DNA from: a virus
Lineage: Duplodnaviria; Caudoviricetes
DNA length: 34,916 bases
Strand: one strand, 5' to 3'
Virus record (IMG/VR): IMGVR_UViG_3300029822_000042
Span: 1-34,916 of that record
Part shown: piece by piece, positions 1 through 8,230 of the stretch
Position numbering within the stretch: the first letter of the stretch is position 1
Layout of the letters: every line of letters begins with the position of its first letter
Translations under genes and position numbers: made by a program
The notes under the pieces: model-generated
Seen by the model: only the letters and a program-made list of their open reading frames with translations
What the model was told of the DNA's origin: nothing
The model's database searches: none

Positions 1-1
1 G

Positions 2-82
2 ACCGCGGAGTACCTGACCGGGTTCCTCGCCGCGCTCGGCGAGGTCCGCGCGCACCTGCCGGCGGAGATGCCGGCGAGCTGA
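2..82 (+). CDS. 3' end of a hypothetical protein truncated by the window edge
   Basis: Open frame TAEYLTGFLAALGEVRAHLPAEMPAS* with GC-rich third positions, TGA at 80-82. Confidence 0.5.
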   Translation, partial: TAEYLTGFLAALGEVRAHLPAEMPAS

Positions 83-130
83 CGCTGTTCACCCGCGGGC
101 ATCGTCCCGCGCTCATCAATGGAGTCCGTC

Positions 131-373
131 ATGAAGTTCGGAGAAGCAATCGAAGCGCTGAAGGAAGGCAGGCGCGTCGCGCGCCAGGGGTGGAACGGCA
201 AGGGGATGTGGCTCGTGCTCATCGAGGCGGGAAACGCGATGCACAAGAGTTCCGCGGGCGCGTTCGCGATGCAGCCCTGCATCGGCATGAAAACGGCTCA
301 GGGAGGGATGCAGCCCGGCTGGCTCGCGTCGCAGCCCGACATGCTCGCCGAGGACTGGACGGTCGCCGAGTAG
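131..373 (+). CDS. tad2: DUF2829 / Thoeris anti-defence 2 (Tad2)-like nucleotide-signal sponge
   Basis: MKFGEAIEALKEGRRVARQGWNGKGMWL...GWLASQPDMLAEDW matches the DUF2829 signature; GGAG at 121-124 favours ATG 131 over ATG 119. Confidence 0.85.
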   Translation: MKFGEAIEALKEGRRVARQGWNGKGMWLVLIEAGNAMHKSSAGAFAMQPCIGMKTAQGGMQPGWLASQPDMLAEDWTVAE

Positions 374-546
374 CGGCCGGCGGATACGCCGTGCTTCGCA
401 AGCTGCTCCCCTCTGGTGCCGACCGCGCGCAGGCCGTGAGCGCAAACGCTGCGGCGGTCGGCGCGGCGGCTGCTCAGTCGGCGGGCAGGTGTGGCAGATG
501 GTAGGGTCGGTAGCCCTTCGTGGAGTGATTTCAGGAGACACAGCTT

Positions 547-2385
547 ATGGCAAGGTTCGACAAACGTCAGCTGGCCACCGCAGAGGCGCTTGTCCACCTC
601 GATGGCTGGAACAACATCCTCACCGGGCTGGGGCAGGCGAAATACGACAAGCGCCTTGCCTCTACCCCGGATAGGCCCATCTTTACATATCCGGAGCTTT
701 TGGAGGTCTACCGTGTTGACGCGATAGCGGCACGGTTCATCGACCTACTGCCCGACGAGATGACGCGCGAATGGTGCGACATCCTCATTGGTAAGGACCA
801 GCAAGCCCAAGACGACCTCAAGGCCCGGACTGAGGAGCTCGCCTTCCAGAGCGAGTTTAACTGGGCCATGAAGATGGCGCGCCTTACAGGCGGCTCGGTC
901 ATACTCCTCGGGGTCAACGACGGGCAGGAGGACCTCACACAGCCACTCAACGAGGACAACATCGTCTCGTTCGATTGGATCAACGTATTCGACATGCGCG
1001 AGGTCTGGCCGGCACGGTATTACGACCACCCGCTTTCGCCGAAGTTTGGGCAGGTTGAAATATATCAGCTTATGCCTCATTCGACGGCATATAATAACCT
1101 GCTGGGGCCGGACGGTAAGGAGCTGAAGTCAATCCCCAACATGCTGTTGATCCACGAGTCGCGCCTCCTCCGCTTCGATGGGGTGCGCCTCGCACGGTGG
1201 CAACAGCTACAGAACCACGGCTGGGGCGACAGTGTCCTCGTGAGGACAATCGAGGCCTTCCGAGACTTCGACACGACCTGGGGTAACGTGAGCGCACTGC
1301 TGCACGACTTCAGCCTCAATGTCTACAAGATCCAAGGTCTGGCCGAGCTCGTAATGAGCAACCAAGACGAGGTTGTCAAGAAGCGCATGGAGCTTATCGA
1401 GCTCCAAAAGAGCGTCCTGCGTGCGGTTCTCATTGACAACGAGGAGGAGTTCGAGCGCAAGCCGACTCCCTTCACTCAGCTGCCAGAGCTCCTGGACAGG
1501 TTCGCCAACCGCCTCGCAGCCATTACCTCAACACCCGTCACCCTCTTGTTTGGACAGGCACCAGCCGGCCTTAACGCGACCGGGGAGCAGGACGGGGCTT
1601 GGTGGAACAACAATGTTAAGGCCCAGCAGACGAACTACCTCCAGCCGAAGCTGGAGAAGGCCGTCCGCCTCCTGTTGAAGACACAGAACGGCCCAGCAGG
1701 CGGTATGGAGCCCGACAACTGGACCATAAAGTTCCGGCCACTCGTCCAGATGACAGAGCAGCAAATTGTCGACCTGCGTGCCAAGCAGGCCCAAACGGAC
1801 AACACTTATGTCACGATAGGCGTACTTGACCCCGACGAGGTGGCTCACAGCCGGTTCGGCCCCAACGGCTACAGCATTGAGACCAACATCGACTGGGAAG
1901 CCCGCGAAGCCATGGAGTTGGCTGCACAGGAGCAGCAGCTCGCACTCCAAGACCCCATGTTCCAGTCGCCAGACGGGTTGCCCCTGGCCGAGGGCGGGGA
2001 GGCACCCCTTACGGACGGTCCGACCGAGGAACTTCCCCCCGAAACCGACCCTGAAATCTCACCGGAGGCGGTGCCGGGACAGGACCCCTTGGTAGTGGAA
2101 CCCCCCGAAAACGAGGAGGGAGACCTGCCGGAAGGGGAGCCAGACGAGGAGCCCTTGCCGGAAGGCGAGGAGCCCCTGCCAGAGGACGACGAAGAGCCAC
2201 AGCCGGGGAACTCGCCGGATGGTGACGCTATGCCGGAAGACGACGACCTGCCATCGACCGACGAGCCCGCCCCCGACGAGCCCCCGCCTGTGGACAACGA
2301 GGAGTCCGGCGATCTTGAGGAGGACGAGGACATCCCCGAGTTCTGGACTCCTGAGGACGAAGACGACGAAGACGAGAGGCCCTAG
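547..2385 (+). CDS. Portal protein (DUF1073 type) with a long acidic, Pro-rich C-terminal tail
   Basis: IHESRLLRFDG, WGDSVL, PVTLLFGQAPAGLNATGE motifs; AGGAG RBS; first gene of the head module. Confidence 0.9.
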   Translation: MARFDKRQLATAEALVHLDGWNNILTGLGQAKYDKRLASTPDRPIFTYPELLEVYRVDAIAARFIDLLPDEMTREWCDILIGKDQQAQDDLKARTEELAFQSEFNWAMKMARLTGGSVILLGVNDGQEDLTQPLNEDNIVSFDWINVFDMREVWPARYYDHPLSPKFGQVEIYQLMPHSTAYNNLLGPDGKELKSIPNMLLIHESRLLRFDGVRLARWQQLQNHGWGDSVLVRTIEAFRDFDTTWGNVSALLHDFSLNVYKIQGLAELVMSNQDEVVKKRMELIELQKSVLRAVLIDNEEEFERKPTPFTQLPELLDRFANRLAAITSTPVTLLFGQAPAGLNATGEQDGAWWNNNVKAQQTNYLQPKLEKAVRLLLKTQNGPAGGMEPDNWTIKFRPLVQMTEQQIVDLRAKQAQTDNTYVTIGVLDPDEVAHSRFGPNGYSIETNIDWEAREAMELAAQEQQLALQDPMFQSPDGLPLAEGGEAPLTDGPTEELPPETDPEISPEAVPGQDPLVVEPPENEEGDLPEGEPDEEPLPEGEEPLPEDDEEPQPGNSPDGDAMPEDDDLPSTDEPAPDEPPPVDNEESGDLEEDEDIPEFWTPEDEDDEDERP

Positions 2386-2387
2386 CC

Positions 2388-3278
2388 ATGAATAACCGGG
2401 CAATTGCAGAAGTACGCTTTGCTCGTACAGTCGGGCTAGTTGAGCGTAATCGTCGCCGTCGCCGTCCACCCCGCATGACCGCCCCAAGGGCCATCGAGCG
2501 CGAATATACTCGGTGGCTCTTGGGGCAAATACGGTTCATGCAAGGCCAAGTATTCGCACTGCTTATGCCCGAGCTGACGTCGCTATGGGCAGGGTCGCCC
2601 CTGGCCGCTTTCGATGCCAAGGACGAACTGAGGCTTGACGGTATCTTCAAGACTGTCTCTAACATCTTCAAAAGGATAGCGGAAACGGTGCTTGCCGCCT
2701 CACCTAACCGCCTCCTTGAAGAGAACTCGAAGAAGGCCGGCAAGAAGGCAAGCGAGCACGCCAGGAAACAGCTCCGGCGCCAGTTTGTGTCGTCCCTGGG
2801 CATTGACCTCTATGCCACCGACGACGAGGATGCCATCGAGGGCTTTGTCGAAAAGAACGTCAAGCTCATAAGGTCGGTCCAGAACCAATACCTTCACGAG
2901 GTAGAGCAAACCATCCTCGAAGGGTTGTCCACAGGCAGCACAGTGGAGGACCTCAAGGACAGACTCACCCCCTTGGTCGACGATGTAGGTAAGAAGGCCG
3001 AGCGGCGTGCCAAGGTCATTGCCAACGACCAAGTGGGCAAGCTAAGCCAACAGATAAACAGGCACCGGCAGCAGAGCGTCGGTGTCAAGAAGTTCATCTG
3101 GCGTACGATGGGCGACAACCGCGTGCGCGACAGCCACGAAGACCTTGACGGCCAGGAGTTCACCTGGGCTGAGGGGGCGAATGGCCTGTACCCCGGCGAC
3201 GACATCATGTGCCGCTGCTACGCCGAGCCTGTCATTGAAATCGATGCTCTTGAGGACAATGACAATGACGAGGACTAA
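2388..3278 (+). CDS. Minor head morphogenesis protein (SPP1 gp7 / Mu gpF family)
   Basis: RAKVIANDQ, FIWRTMGDNRVRDSH, PGDDIMCRCYAEP; follows the portal gene. Confidence 0.9.
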   Translation: MNNRAIAEVRFARTVGLVERNRRRRRPPRMTAPRAIEREYTRWLLGQIRFMQGQVFALLMPELTSLWAGSPLAAFDAKDELRLDGIFKTVSNIFKRIAETVLAASPNRLLEENSKKAGKKASEHARKQLRRQFVSSLGIDLYATDDEDAIEGFVEKNVKLIRSVQNQYLHEVEQTILEGLSTGSTVEDLKDRLTPLVDDVGKKAERRAKVIANDQVGKLSQQINRHRQQSVGVKKFIWRTMGDNRVRDSHEDLDGQEFTWAEGANGLYPGDDIMCRCYAEPVIEIDALEDNDNDED

Positions 3279-3279
3279 C

Positions 3280-4428
3280 ATGCGAATTCGGTACGATTCG
3301 GCCCCGTTGGAGAAGCCCCGAAAGCACCACTCGGGCTACCTGCGGTGCGACGGCTACGTGACGCGCGTCGGCGTGCTGACCTACCACCTCCCCGACGGGT
3401 CTACCCGGCGCGAGTTTCGGCCGCCTGAGGAGGTGTTTCGCACTGACTCCCTCGAGACGCTTAAGATGGTGCCGGTCACTGACGGACACCCTCCCGAGGG
3501 CTTGCTCAAGCCCGAGTTCGCCAAGCTACGCACCGTAGGCTATGCGGGCGAGAACATCCGCGTCGACGGCCAGCGCGTTGCGGCGCCATTGGTGCTCCAC
3601 GACAAGGCTGCCATCGACGCAGTCGAGTCCAAGAAACGCCGCGAGCTGTCCGCCGGCTACCTCTTGGACCTTGAGATGAAATCGGGGGTCTGGAACGGTC
3701 AGCGGTATGACGCAATCCAGCGGAACATCCGCTACAACCATATCGCGCTGACCGACAAGGGCCGGGCAGGGCCGGACGTCGCGATTCGACTCGACGGTGG
3801 GGTTGTGGACATCGGCTTTGAGGTGCGCAACGACTGGGACGAGGACGACACGATGCTTGAGTTCAACACCCCCGAATTCCGTAGTGACGGGCTGGGCGAC
3901 TGGGACGAGTCAAAGCACGGCCGTGCCAGCGACGGCAAGTTTTCCTCCGGCGGAGGAGGCGGCGGAGGGGCCTCCGATTTTGGCAAGGGGATGGAGAAGC
4001 AGCGCCAGAGGTCGGAAGGGGCTGAGAAGGCTCACCCTGTCGGCTCTGTGCGTATGCTGGGAAAGGAGAGAGTGACTGTTGAGGGCCATTCCAACGGCCA
4101 AGTCACTGTCAAGGGAAAGAACGGGCTTTCGGACGTTCACCCGGCCAAGCTGACCCCGTCGCATAAGGAGGCCTCAATTAAGGCCCTTGACCTAAGCGAC
4201 AAGGCCAACAATTCCGGCAAGGTGAGGGACCACGAGGCCGCGCGGGAGGCCCATGGCCAGGCATACGAGGCCTCGCGTAACGCCGGCGAAAGCACGAAGG
4301 CTGCATACCACTCGGCACAAATAAAGTTGCACTCTGAACGCATTAAAGAGGCCAAGCGCATAGACGAGGACGACACAATGCAGGCTGTTGAGGGAGGGCA
4401 ACGAGGCGGCGCCGGCCACGCGGGTTGA
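3280..4428 (+). CDS. DUF2213 prohead protease-like protein with C-terminal accessory modules
   Basis: Start MRIRYDS at 3280 behind a GAGGA RBS; motifs TRVGVLTY, PVTDGHP, ELSAGY, QRNIRYNHIAL, GRAGP. Confidence 0.85.
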   Translation: MRIRYDSAPLEKPRKHHSGYLRCDGYVTRVGVLTYHLPDGSTRREFRPPEEVFRTDSLETLKMVPVTDGHPPEGLLKPEFAKLRTVGYAGENIRVDGQRVAAPLVLHDKAAIDAVESKKRRELSAGYLLDLEMKSGVWNGQRYDAIQRNIRYNHIALTDKGRAGPDVAIRLDGGVVDIGFEVRNDWDEDDTMLEFNTPEFRSDGLGDWDESKHGRASDGKFSSGGGGGGGASDFGKGMEKQRQRSEGAEKAHPVGSVRMLGKERVTVEGHSNGQVTVKGKNGLSDVHPAKLTPSHKEASIKALDLSDKANNSGKVRDHEAAREAHGQAYEASRNAGESTKAAYHSAQIKLHSERIKEAKRIDEDDTMQAVEGGQRGGAGHAG

Positions 4429-4651
4429 GAGCAGCCTCAACAAGTCCTATGCCAAGTGAAGGTCCGATGAAGCGAGGACGGGCAAGAAGAGCGGCGACAT
4501 GATGGGGGATATGGCCCGCGTGAAAGCCCGGCTCCAGGCAGACAAGGAGGGGCGCACGGCCACCCGCACCGGAGCGGGTACAGGGTCCAATGCCGTCGAT
4601 GACATGAACCGCATAAAGGCAGGGCTCGCAGCTAGCCGGAGAGAACGCTAA
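4382..4651 (+). pseudogene. Out-of-frame continuation of the DUF2213 ORF (or a 50-aa ORF at 4499-4651)
   Basis: The +1 frame reads RLLREGNEAA...YAK*RSDEARTGKKSGDMMGDMARVKARLQ...DDMNRIKAGLAASRRER* with coding-like codons and one internal TGA at 4457. Confidence 0.4.
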
Positions 4652-4710
4652 CTGTAGAAGTAGTCCAACCGCTCCGGTTCCGGAGCACAGTCAACAGGAG
4701 CGAAGAAGTT

Positions 4711-5256
4711 ATGAAGATCAAACTCGACAGCAAGGTCCACGAAGTACCCGACGAGGTCGGCGAGTTCCTTCAGGCCCAGCAGAAGCGCCTCGACGGCCTG
4801 GACGTGATTGTCAAGGACGACGCGAACCTCCGAATCCAGAACGCGACCCTTCAGGCTCGCTGCGACGAGCTTAAGGAGGCTTTCGCCTCCCGCCTTGACA
4901 GCGCCCCCAGCAAGGAGGCCATCCAGGCCCGCGTCAAGCTGGAGAGGCAGGCAGCTCGTGTCCTCGGCGACACCGTCAAGCTCGACGAGATGGACGACGT
5001 GTCCGTCAAGAAGGCTGCCATCGCCAAGAAGCGCCCGAACGTGAACCTCGATGGCAAGGACGAGGCTTACGTCAACGCCCGTTTCGACGCCATCATCGAG
5101 GACCTCGGCGCCGAGGCCCTGGGAAACGCTCGCAAGGGCGTGCTCCCGGTCCCCAGCCTCACTCACACCGACGAGCTCGACGAGCGCGTCCGCAAGGCCC
5201 GGGAAGAGCTGGGCAACGCCTGGCAGAAGCCCCTGACCTTCACCGTGCAGAAGTAG
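4711..5256 (+). CDS. Capsid scaffolding protein (corresponds to the C-terminal part of DUF2213 proteins)
   Basis: Helical and charged; LDGKDEAYVNARFD motif; AGGAG RBS; lies between protease and decoration genes. Confidence 0.75.
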   Translation: MKIKLDSKVHEVPDEVGEFLQAQQKRLDGLDVIVKDDANLRIQNATLQARCDELKEAFASRLDSAPSKEAIQARVKLERQAARVLGDTVKLDEMDDVSVKKAAIAKKRPNVNLDGKDEAYVNARFDAIIEDLGAEALGNARKGVLPVPSLTHTDELDERVRKAREELGNAWQKPLTFTVQK

Positions 5257-5293
5257 CAGGGCCGAAGCTCAACCTTAGAAACAGGAGACAACC

Positions 5294-6262
5294 ATGCAGC
5301 TCACGTACAATATGACCCCTCGCACCGCACGCAAGGGGATGATCAACACCATCGGCCCGCACTTCATCCGCACGGCCATCAACAAGCAGGCGGCTTCCAT
5401 CCCCTACGGCGTCGCCGTGTCGAAGAAGGCGGGCGGCGACGACAACGAGTACGCCCTCCCGACCGCGGCCTCCCCGAAGGTCGAGGGCATCACGGTGTTC
5501 GAGCACAACGAGCGGGTGCCCGCCAACGGCGTATTCAACGTCGAGATCGCCGACGGCCAGCCGTTCAACCTGCTTGAGAAGGGGTTCGCGACGGTCGAGG
5601 TCGAGGAGGCTGTCACGCAGGGCGACATCGCCTACGTTCGCCACACGGCAAACGGCCTCAGGACGCAGCTCGGCGCCTTCCGCAAGTCGGATGACGCGGG
5701 CACCGCCGCCATCGTGCGCGGAGCCCGCTACCTCACGAGTGCCGGCGCTGGCGGGCTGGCCCTTGTGGAAATCGACGCCGCGGTCGACGCCGGCCTTGGG
5801 AGCCTTGAGGCCAGCGTTGCGGCTGCAGCCGCTGCCCTCGGAGCCGCCCTGCAGGGTAACATCGCCGACGCCGAAGATGCCTTCGAGCTCAGGACCAAGT
5901 CCGTCGAAATCAATCTCGACCACGCGCAGGCTGCCGACACGGCGGCGATCAAGTTCTTCAAGGCTCCGGCTGCGATGGTCGTCGACAGCGTCGACTACAT
6001 CAACCCGGCCGGCCTCGCCGAGCATGCTGACAATTACTTCACCATCGCCGTGAAGAACGGGGAGCCTGTCGTCGCATCGAAGAACACGAAGGCTGGTGAG
6101 GGAGGTACGTTGGCGGCCGACGAGTTCGTCGCGTTGACCAACGGCGACCTGGCTGCTCGAACGCTCGCCGAGGGCGACGTCCTCGCACTGGCGCTCACCA
6201 TCGCGGGCGTCGGCGTGACGCTGCCCGCGGGCCGCGTCGTTGTCCACGCCCACTACGTCTAA
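5294..6262 (+). CDS. Head decoration/cement protein with an extra C-terminal domain
   Basis: IPYGVAV...V(E)VEEAVTQGD...GARYLTSAGAGGLALVEI; directly upstream of the major capsid gene; strong RBS. Confidence 0.75.
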   Translation: MQLTYNMTPRTARKGMINTIGPHFIRTAINKQAASIPYGVAVSKKAGGDDNEYALPTAASPKVEGITVFEHNERVPANGVFNVEIADGQPFNLLEKGFATVEVEEAVTQGDIAYVRHTANGLRTQLGAFRKSDDAGTAAIVRGARYLTSAGAGGLALVEIDAAVDAGLGSLEASVAAAAAALGAALQGNIADAEDAFELRTKSVEINLDHAQAADTAAIKFFKAPAAMVVDSVDYINPAGLAEHADNYFTIAVKNGEPVVASKNTKAGEGGTLAADEFVALTNGDLAARTLAEGDVLALALTIAGVGVTLPAGRVVVHAHYV

Positions 6263-6286
6263 GATCCACCCCCATCGTCCACCATT

Positions 6287-6321
6287 AGGTTGAGGGGCTA
6301 GGTCGTCTAGCTCCTCAACCT
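6287..6321 (+). promoter_or_regulatory. 15-bp hairpin directly upstream of the major capsid RBS
   Basis: AGGTTGAGGGGCTAG-gtcgt-CTAGCTCCTCAACCT, one G.U pair. Confidence 0.55.
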
Positions 6322-6340
6322 TGAAAGGAACGGAACAACC

Positions 6341-7276
6341 ATGCTTGAGAAGCATTTCAACCTGACGAACCTCGACGCAGACGAGAACGTCTACTTCTAC
6401 GAGGCACTCCGACAGGTTCGCAGCAAGATCCTCGAGGTCAAGTACCCCGAGCTCAAGGCCCGCAGCCTCATTCCGGTCGACCACGAGATCGACCCCGGCA
6501 CCGAGTCCATCGTCTACCGCCAGTTCGACCATATCGGCATGAGCCAGATCATCAGCTCGTACGCTGAGGACCTGCCGATGGTTGAGGTGGACGGGAAGGA
6601 GTTCGTGTCGAAGGTCAAGAGCCACGGCATCGGCTACCAGTATAGCATCATGGATGTCAAGCGGTCGGCCAAGGCCAACATGCCGCTCGAGACCAAGAAG
6701 GCCCAGGCGGCCCGCAAGGGTTTCGAGTTCACGGTCGACGAGATCGCGGCGAACGGAGAAGCCCAGCACGGCCTGCTTGGCCTGCTGAACCAGCCGAACG
6801 CCCTGAGCTTCGTGATCCCGAACAACGCCGCCGAGACGTCCGCCCTGTGGCAAGACAAGACCCCCGACGAGATCCTCCGTGACCTCAATGGGCCGACGCT
6901 ATACATGATCGACCAGACCAACGGGGTCGAGACGCCGGACACCATGCTGTTGACGCCCTACGAGTTGGGCTTCATCAGCACGACCCCGCGCTCGCAGAAC
7001 AGCGACACGACGATTCTCGACTACTTCCTCAAGACGAACGGCTACATCAAGAACGTCGAGCCGTGGCACCGCCTCAAGGGCGCGGGCGCCGACGACACGA
7101 ACCGGATGGTCGTCTACAAGAGGGACCCCGAGAAGCTCCAGCTCGTCATTCCGCAGGAGTTCGAGCAGCTGCCTCCGCAGCCGGTCAACCTGTCGTTCAA
7201 GGTGCCCTGCCACGGTCGCATCGGCGGCGTGGTCGTCTACTACCCCCTGAGCATCTGCTACGCCGACGGCTACTAG
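6341..7276 (+). CDS. Major capsid protein (DUF2184, HK97 fold)
   Basis: 311 aa; YPELKARSLIPV, GYQYSIMD, GLLGLLNQPN, PDTMLL, RIGGVVVYYP; strongly biased codon usage. Confidence 0.92.
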   Translation: MLEKHFNLTNLDADENVYFYEALRQVRSKILEVKYPELKARSLIPVDHEIDPGTESIVYRQFDHIGMSQIISSYAEDLPMVEVDGKEFVSKVKSHGIGYQYSIMDVKRSAKANMPLETKKAQAARKGFEFTVDEIAANGEAQHGLLGLLNQPNALSFVIPNNAAETSALWQDKTPDEILRDLNGPTLYMIDQTNGVETPDTMLLTPYELGFISTTPRSQNSDTTILDYFLKTNGYIKNVEPWHRLKGAGADDTNRMVVYKRDPEKLQLVIPQEFEQLPPQPVNLSFKVPCHGRIGGVVVYYPLSICYADGY

Positions 7277-7284
7277 CCCCGGCA

Positions 7285-7330
7285 CCAAGGCCCCTTGGAG
7301 CGCGTCATCCAAGGGGCCTTGGCTTCTCCT
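7285..7330 (+). terminator. Hairpin/terminator after the major capsid gene
   Basis: Perfect 15-bp stem CCAAGGCCCCTTGGA/TCCAAGGGGCCTTGG with an 8-nt loop; weak pyrimidine tail. Confidence 0.7.
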
Positions 7331-7376
7331 CAACGGCGTGGCAGTAGGCGGCGCGGCCTAACTGCAAGAGGCGCAA

Positions 7377-7733
7377 ATGAAGGTTACTTCCAAACTCACC
7401 AGCATTTTCAATGCCGGTGGCGTGATACTGTATCCCGGTGTGAATCCCGACGTCGACAAGAAGGCTTTCGACAAGGTCGCCAAGACCCCGGTCATGCAGT
7501 ATTACCTCAAGCAGAAGCAGTTCATCGTCGAGGCCGAGCCCAAGGGCTTCACGACGATGGACGAAGTTGACGCCATCATGATGGTCAGCGACACCGTCCG
7601 CAAGGACGTCCTCGCGGGTTGGCTCCAGGAGGAGAAAGCTTCCAAGGAGCCCCGCAAGGCTGTGTTGTCGACCCTCATGGAGCAGCTCACGAAGATCACG
7701 CCCAAGGGCAGCAAGCAGCCCTGGGACAAGTAG
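7377..7733 (+). CDS. Hypothetical virion-associated protein
   Basis: GAGG RBS, good codon bias, located between capsid and head-tail adaptor genes. Confidence 0.7.
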   Translation: MKVTSKLTSIFNAGGVILYPGVNPDVDKKAFDKVAKTPVMQYYLKQKQFIVEAEPKGFTTMDEVDAIMMVSDTVRKDVLAGWLQEEKASKEPRKAVLSTLMEQLTKITPKGSKQPWDK

Positions 7734-7879
7734 GCCCGGCCAACGGGAGGGACCCTCTTAAATGGGATGTCCCTCCCGTACCCCTACAACGTTGCCATCC
7801 GCGCTATAACGCGCGCAAATGGGAGGGGGTTGGTGTTGGTATTACCCCCTTTGTGAACACCGACAGGCAAAGGATTAAC

Positions 7880-8230
7880 ATGGGAACGCCTACCACAGTG
7901 ACGAAAGCCGATGTAATCCTGGAGGCGCCCGAATTCACCAACGGCGTGTCAGACGCCGAATGGTCACACTTTCTGGCCGCCGCGGGGCGCCGCACAAACT
8001 CCGAGGTGTTCGGCGAGGAAGCCGTGCGTGCCGCCGCCCTGCTGTGTGCCCATATGCTCACAAAGCACAAGCCAGACTTGGCACGTCGGGACGTCACCAG
8101 TGTTACGGTCGGGAAGCTGTCCAAGACATACGTCCTCCCGATGGCCACCTGGAAGGACGAGCTTGACGAAACGAAGTACGGCCGCGAGCGCAAGATGCTT
8201 GGGAAGGCCGGCTTCGCGATGGGGCTGTGA
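7880..8230 (+). CDS. Head-tail adaptor (DUF4054-like)
   Basis: Start MGTPTT behind AAGGA; APEF, LLCAHML, VTSVTVGKLSKTY, TKYG motifs. Confidence 0.8.
   Translation: MGTPTTVTKADVILEAPEFTNGVSDAEWSHFLAAAGRRTNSEVFGEEAVRAAALLCAHMLTKHKPDLARRDVTSVTVGKLSKTYVLPMATWKDELDETKYGRERKMLGKAGFAMGL

Noticed and set aside
547-2385. Anti-CBASS Acb1 phosphodiesterase domain fused to the portal
   Set aside because: The C-terminal extension is low-complexity acidic sequence with no pair of HxT/S motifs
3082-3279. N-terminal extension of the DUF2213 ORF shown in the ORF track
   Set aside because: Overlaps the minor head gene; RBS and family signature point to ATG 3280
5240-6853. 537-aa minus-strand ORF (and the similar 9994-11073 ORF)
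   Set aside because: Antisense shadows of strongly GC3-biased structural genes, with no motifs or RBS
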